From a virus (taxonomy: Duplodnaviria; Caudoviricetes), in the IMG/VR virus record IMGVR_UViG_3300029305_003710, positions 1 to 64,000 of that record: a stretch of DNA of 64,000 nt; one strand, given 5' to 3'. Both the position numbers and the translations under genes were made by a program. How positions within the stretch are numbered: position 1 is the first letter of the stretch; each line of letters begins with the position of its first letter. This document shows, one piece after another, positions 61,701-64,000 of the stretch. The notes beneath the pieces were generated by a model that saw only the letters and a list, made by a program, of their open reading frames with translations, was not told the origin of the DNA and ran no database searches.

Positions 61701-64000
61701 GGTAAAAGTGCTAAAGCTATCTCTACTGCTCTTGATGTAGGCTCTCATATTGACTTATCAGGAATCAACAATCTTACAAGTGGGCTTTCTAAAACCAGTA
61801 AGGGTATGAGTAAACTTGATAAAGTCTACCTAGCTATCGCCAAAGGTGCAGTCATAATTGGGCTTATTGCTCTCGATATTATAGCTATCTCTTACTCGAT
61901 TAAGAAGATGAACGAAAACCTTGAAGGGATTTCTTGGGAAGACTTTGGTTCTAAACTTGATATGATGGCTGCTGCGATTGCAGTCATGGCGGTACTTGAC
62001 GGCATTATCGGTATCAAACCTATCGCCGCTGCTGTGGCAATCGGTGGAGCGGTTATGCTCGAGCTTGCTGCGGATATTGTGGCTGTATCGAATGCTATTA
62101 TGGAGATGGACAAAGCCATCCCAAATAATGTGGATAGAATTAAACCAAAAATCGGTCTTCTTGCTGAAACTATATTGTCATTCGAGGCTTTAACCGCTTT
62201 AGCGGGGGTTTTAGCGGCGTTTGAAAGTCTAGGAATCCTAGTTGTAGTCGGGATTGCCAAAGAAATTGAAGAAGTAGCCGTGGCTCTATTCAAAGTTGAT
62301 AAGTTTATCCCTAGCGATATTGACCGTGTGGGCAAAAAAGTCCAGTTCTTGGCTGACACAATTAGGTTTATCAACCGCGTGAATCTAGGCGAAGTTATAA
62401 ATGCTATCGTAACCTCATGGAGTGTTAACCCCGTTAAAAAGGTTGCGGATATGTATGCCGAAGTAGCATTTTACCTTGGACAGATTAACGGTATTAACAT
62501 AAACTATCAGCACACCGCCGATAATATTGTGTTTATCAAAGACACGATTGCTTACTTGCAAACCCAGACCGATGCAATCACAGGAGCATTAAACGCCCTA
62601 AGAGAAGAAGCGGAAGCCGACACAACCGAACAAGCTGGCAGAATCCTCATTATTTACGGGCAGGTAGTGGATTCTCTTAATAAGATTGCTTCCCTCGACG
62701 TAAAACAATCCGATATTGTCAAGGGCGTAACCAAGATTTCCGAATGCGTCGAAACAGTTGGGACTACTTTAAATAAGATTAGGTATGCCCATCTCGGCAA
62801 CGCTGAAGAAAATGTTGAAGCCGTCAAGAACATTCTTGAAGATTTCGGCTCGCTACTCCCGACCTTTGAAGAACTCCTCAAAGAGGAAAACAAAGTCCAA
62901 GTCGACAAACTAAACTCCGTAGTTGACGATATGAATAAAGTCTTCTCCCATATGAAGGACAAGTTGATGGGTATGGGCAGTTTTACGAACCGCGAAAAAC
63001 ACGTTGCCGCTGCCAAAGGGATTATCGAATCTTTTGAAGGGATTGCTCTCACTGCAAAAAGCCTAGCGGACGACAAACATAAGTTTAGCCTCTCTGCTAC
63101 CAACGCCGTTGTCGATGATATTTCCTCTGTCTTTGCGAAGATTAAGGAGAAGATTAAAGTTGACGACAACATCAAGAAAAAGGGCATTACAGTCGGGCAT
63201 TACCAATCTCTCATTAACAAATTTACGGAGATTACACAAGAATTTCAAAAATGGGCGTCCTTTATCCCAGACGACGGTTTAAAGTCCTATGAAGCTAAAG
63301 TTGGAGATATGACCGACCTCTTGTGGGAGCTAGGGCAGATAAACACTTCTGATGCTGACAACCTTTCCACGAAAGAGTGGGTAGTTGGCATGGCTACTAG
63401 CATTGCCAAAAAGTTCCTAGAGCTTACCACTGCTCTCGACCAAATCGGGGACAAGAACTACGAACAAATTGTCGGCAATATGACCTCCGTAGTCACTCAA
63501 CTAGTTAGCGGAATTACCACTGGGGCTTCTGACAAACTAGTTGAGGTGGAAGATATTGGGGCACAACTTGGCAATCGTTTAAGAGATGGTCTGCTCTCTG
63601 TTCAAGATTCTCTAGTAGGAGTGGGGGCACAATTACAATCTGCTCTCTGGCAAGGTATTCAAGACAAATTTGCCGATGAATATCAACAAGGCGTTTATCT
63701 AGCCTACTCCTTGAGAGATGGGATTGTATCTGTTCTAGGGACTTTCCAAACCGTCGGTGGGCAAGTCCAGTCTAACTTCTGGCAAGGCGTTCAATCAAGA
63801 TTCCAAGACGAGTATTACCAAGGTAGAGCTATGGGCGAGAGATTCCGCCAAGGACTATATGACATAGATTATGGAAATGCCGGTTGGTGGGCTGTACAAG
63901 GCTTTATAAACGGGGCTTGGGGGAGAGCTGGAAATGGTGATGGCGTTTATCATACGGGTTGGTGGATTGCTAACAACTTCCTACAAGGCTTGAAAGACAG
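58728..64000 (+). CDS. Tape measure protein (partial, runs off the window)
   Basis: ATG 58728; FWSNNPFNRFDVTDATKQL, LSNRGVP-like MSNRGVPIY, SALGIHSPSTVM; no stop seen; long antisense shadow ORFs. Confidence 0.9.
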   Translation, partial: MNFDGGTVRYNIEVDTSKFTRDLDALDKEFERLSTKYDALFEKGIIDEKDIKKIEELKQELALLGKVIEEAEEGSDEYEYALQQANKAMDEFASTLGETRVAAKETVEPMESLGSAISSLAGKAGLSALKGLATGATTALVGLAKKGISATNFLETSQTAMSGLLGSMELGRQAMGVAADFWSNNPFNRFDVTDATKQLVQYGRQVGQLGDDLKILGNVSLSTGVSIDELAVRYGRVASSGRAMTEDIEIMSNRGVPIYRELAKVLNTTQQGVRDFASQGKIDFETFRKAMEGAVDPEAMEKYEQTLDRAKDKLSGSITTLAGALAGYKIENSQVVIANEGLYRSWINLLRAIAGDSSEGTGLRNPKLLEGLQKIGEAIAKVIDKIADNIEPVFNVLGQIVNFIGDNSALIIPIAGVALNVISGLASKVPLLGSVFGSFGKNVSGILDIVKKLLKFKPSVLGFIAVVGTALVSLMSTDDEFKQSVAELFTSLGSIIKDLLPVFQTLVSAFLTLAKSSVVTGALKIIVNLVSQLASLLASVPSEVLISIVTAILAIKASSISPWLLWIAAIGVIIDILKDLAPNFYEAAHNAIIGLVNGFNEGVRTVVETAKNLAKSVVNAFKSALGIHSPSTVMYGVGQNVGIGLADGITDSSSVVQKAMDNLAKDVLSKANQVITNRKDFGLIDANGMYKDWKKVANLFTIGSEQYEQAIEKMEEARKQVNLEIISLQNEYNSKLDESIKKIKSFYNLFDEVSTKGGKNAQQIIKNLDKQVAQTAEWAEAQKIISGLDLDPQFIEELKEMGVDSVSELSSIANMTTSELEQMNTLWLKKQTIATETATSQLADYKQDVLDQVAELADGIDGETVSLTEEGGRLVSSISEGITGALPTLAGSLAQMSDYIADATKSMTSSTSGYTGGYDTDTGGGNETENLSNLLGLGNIEETAKKWVSEKLHVLIGIIGGGLALKLLPGIASKIKSAGGISKLLSGLFGAGKSAKAISTALDVGSHIDLSGINNLTSGLSKTSKGMSKLDKVYLAIAKGAVIIGLIALDIIAISYSIKKMNENLEGISWEDFGSKLDMMAAAIAVMAVLDGIIGIKPIAAAVAIGGAVMLELAADIVAVSNAIMEMDKAIPNNVDRIKPKIGLLAETILSFEALTALAGVLAAFESLGILVVVGIAKEIEEVAVALFKVDKFIPSDIDRVGKKVQFLADTIRFINRVNLGEVINAIVTSWSVNPVKKVADMYAEVAFYLGQINGININYQHTADNIVFIKDTIAYLQTQTDAITGALNALREEAEADTTEQAGRILIIYGQVVDSLNKIASLDVKQSDIVKGVTKISECVETVGTTLNKIRYAHLGNAEENVEAVKNILEDFGSLLPTFEELLKEENKVQVDKLNSVVDDMNKVFSHMKDKLMGMGSFTNREKHVAAAKGIIESFEGIALTAKSLADDKHKFSLSATNAVVDDISSVFAKIKEKIKVDDNIKKKGITVGHYQSLINKFTEITQEFQKWASFIPDDGLKSYEAKVGDMTDLLWELGQINTSDADNLSTKEWVVGMATSIAKKFLELTTALDQIGDKNYEQIVGNMTSVVTQLVSGITTGASDKLVEVEDIGAQLGNRLRDGLLSVQDSLVGVGAQLQSALWQGIQDKFADEYQQGVYLAYSLRDGIVSVLGTFQTVGGQVQSNFWQGVQSRFQDEYYQGRAMGERFRQGLYDIDYGNAGWWAVQGFINGAWGRAGNGDGVYHTGWWIANNFLQGLKD

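Noticed and set aside
53856-63248. Long minus-strand ORFs opposite capsid and tape measure genes
   Set aside because: Shadow ORFs caused by codon bias; low-complexity S/F/L-rich translations with no SD or motifs.
1-64000. Genome-wide stop-codon reassignment (TAG/TAA to Gln or TGA to Gly/Trp)
   Set aside because: Long genes (terL, capsid, tape measure) are intact in code 11, all three stops end genes at overlapping junctions, and no suppressor tRNA is present; only three isolated in-frame stops were seen.

Overview
A contiguous ~64 kb piece of a tailed dsDNA phage genome (long-tailed, siphovirus-like), almost all on the + strand. Left to right: replication module (initiator with 21-bp iterons, DnaB-like helicase); a tnpB-only IS200/IS605 element; small accessory genes; an RNA ligase; nine tRNAs followed by two unusual ncRNAs, one a 110-nt miniature tmRNA-like RNA; HNH, RusA-like, exonuclease, PNKP and SSB genes; a 7-deazaguanine cluster (YhhQ-like transporter, QueF-like, DpdA/TGT-like, ParB-like, QueC with an Ala1 intein); terminase with an intein; a stand-alone glycyl-radical (NrdD C-terminal) gene split by a group I intron carrying an HNH gene; portal linked by a putative -1 frameshift to a 2H-phosphoesterase (Acb1-like)/MuF protein; fibre-like proteins; a cluster of ORF-less promoter-RNA-terminator units; a protease-scaffold-capsid polyprotein; neck and tail genes; and a tape measure gene running off the right edge. 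Many genes look leaderless and GATC looks strongly avoided. The host cannot be determined from the sequence. All assignments are by eye from motifs; no searches were run.
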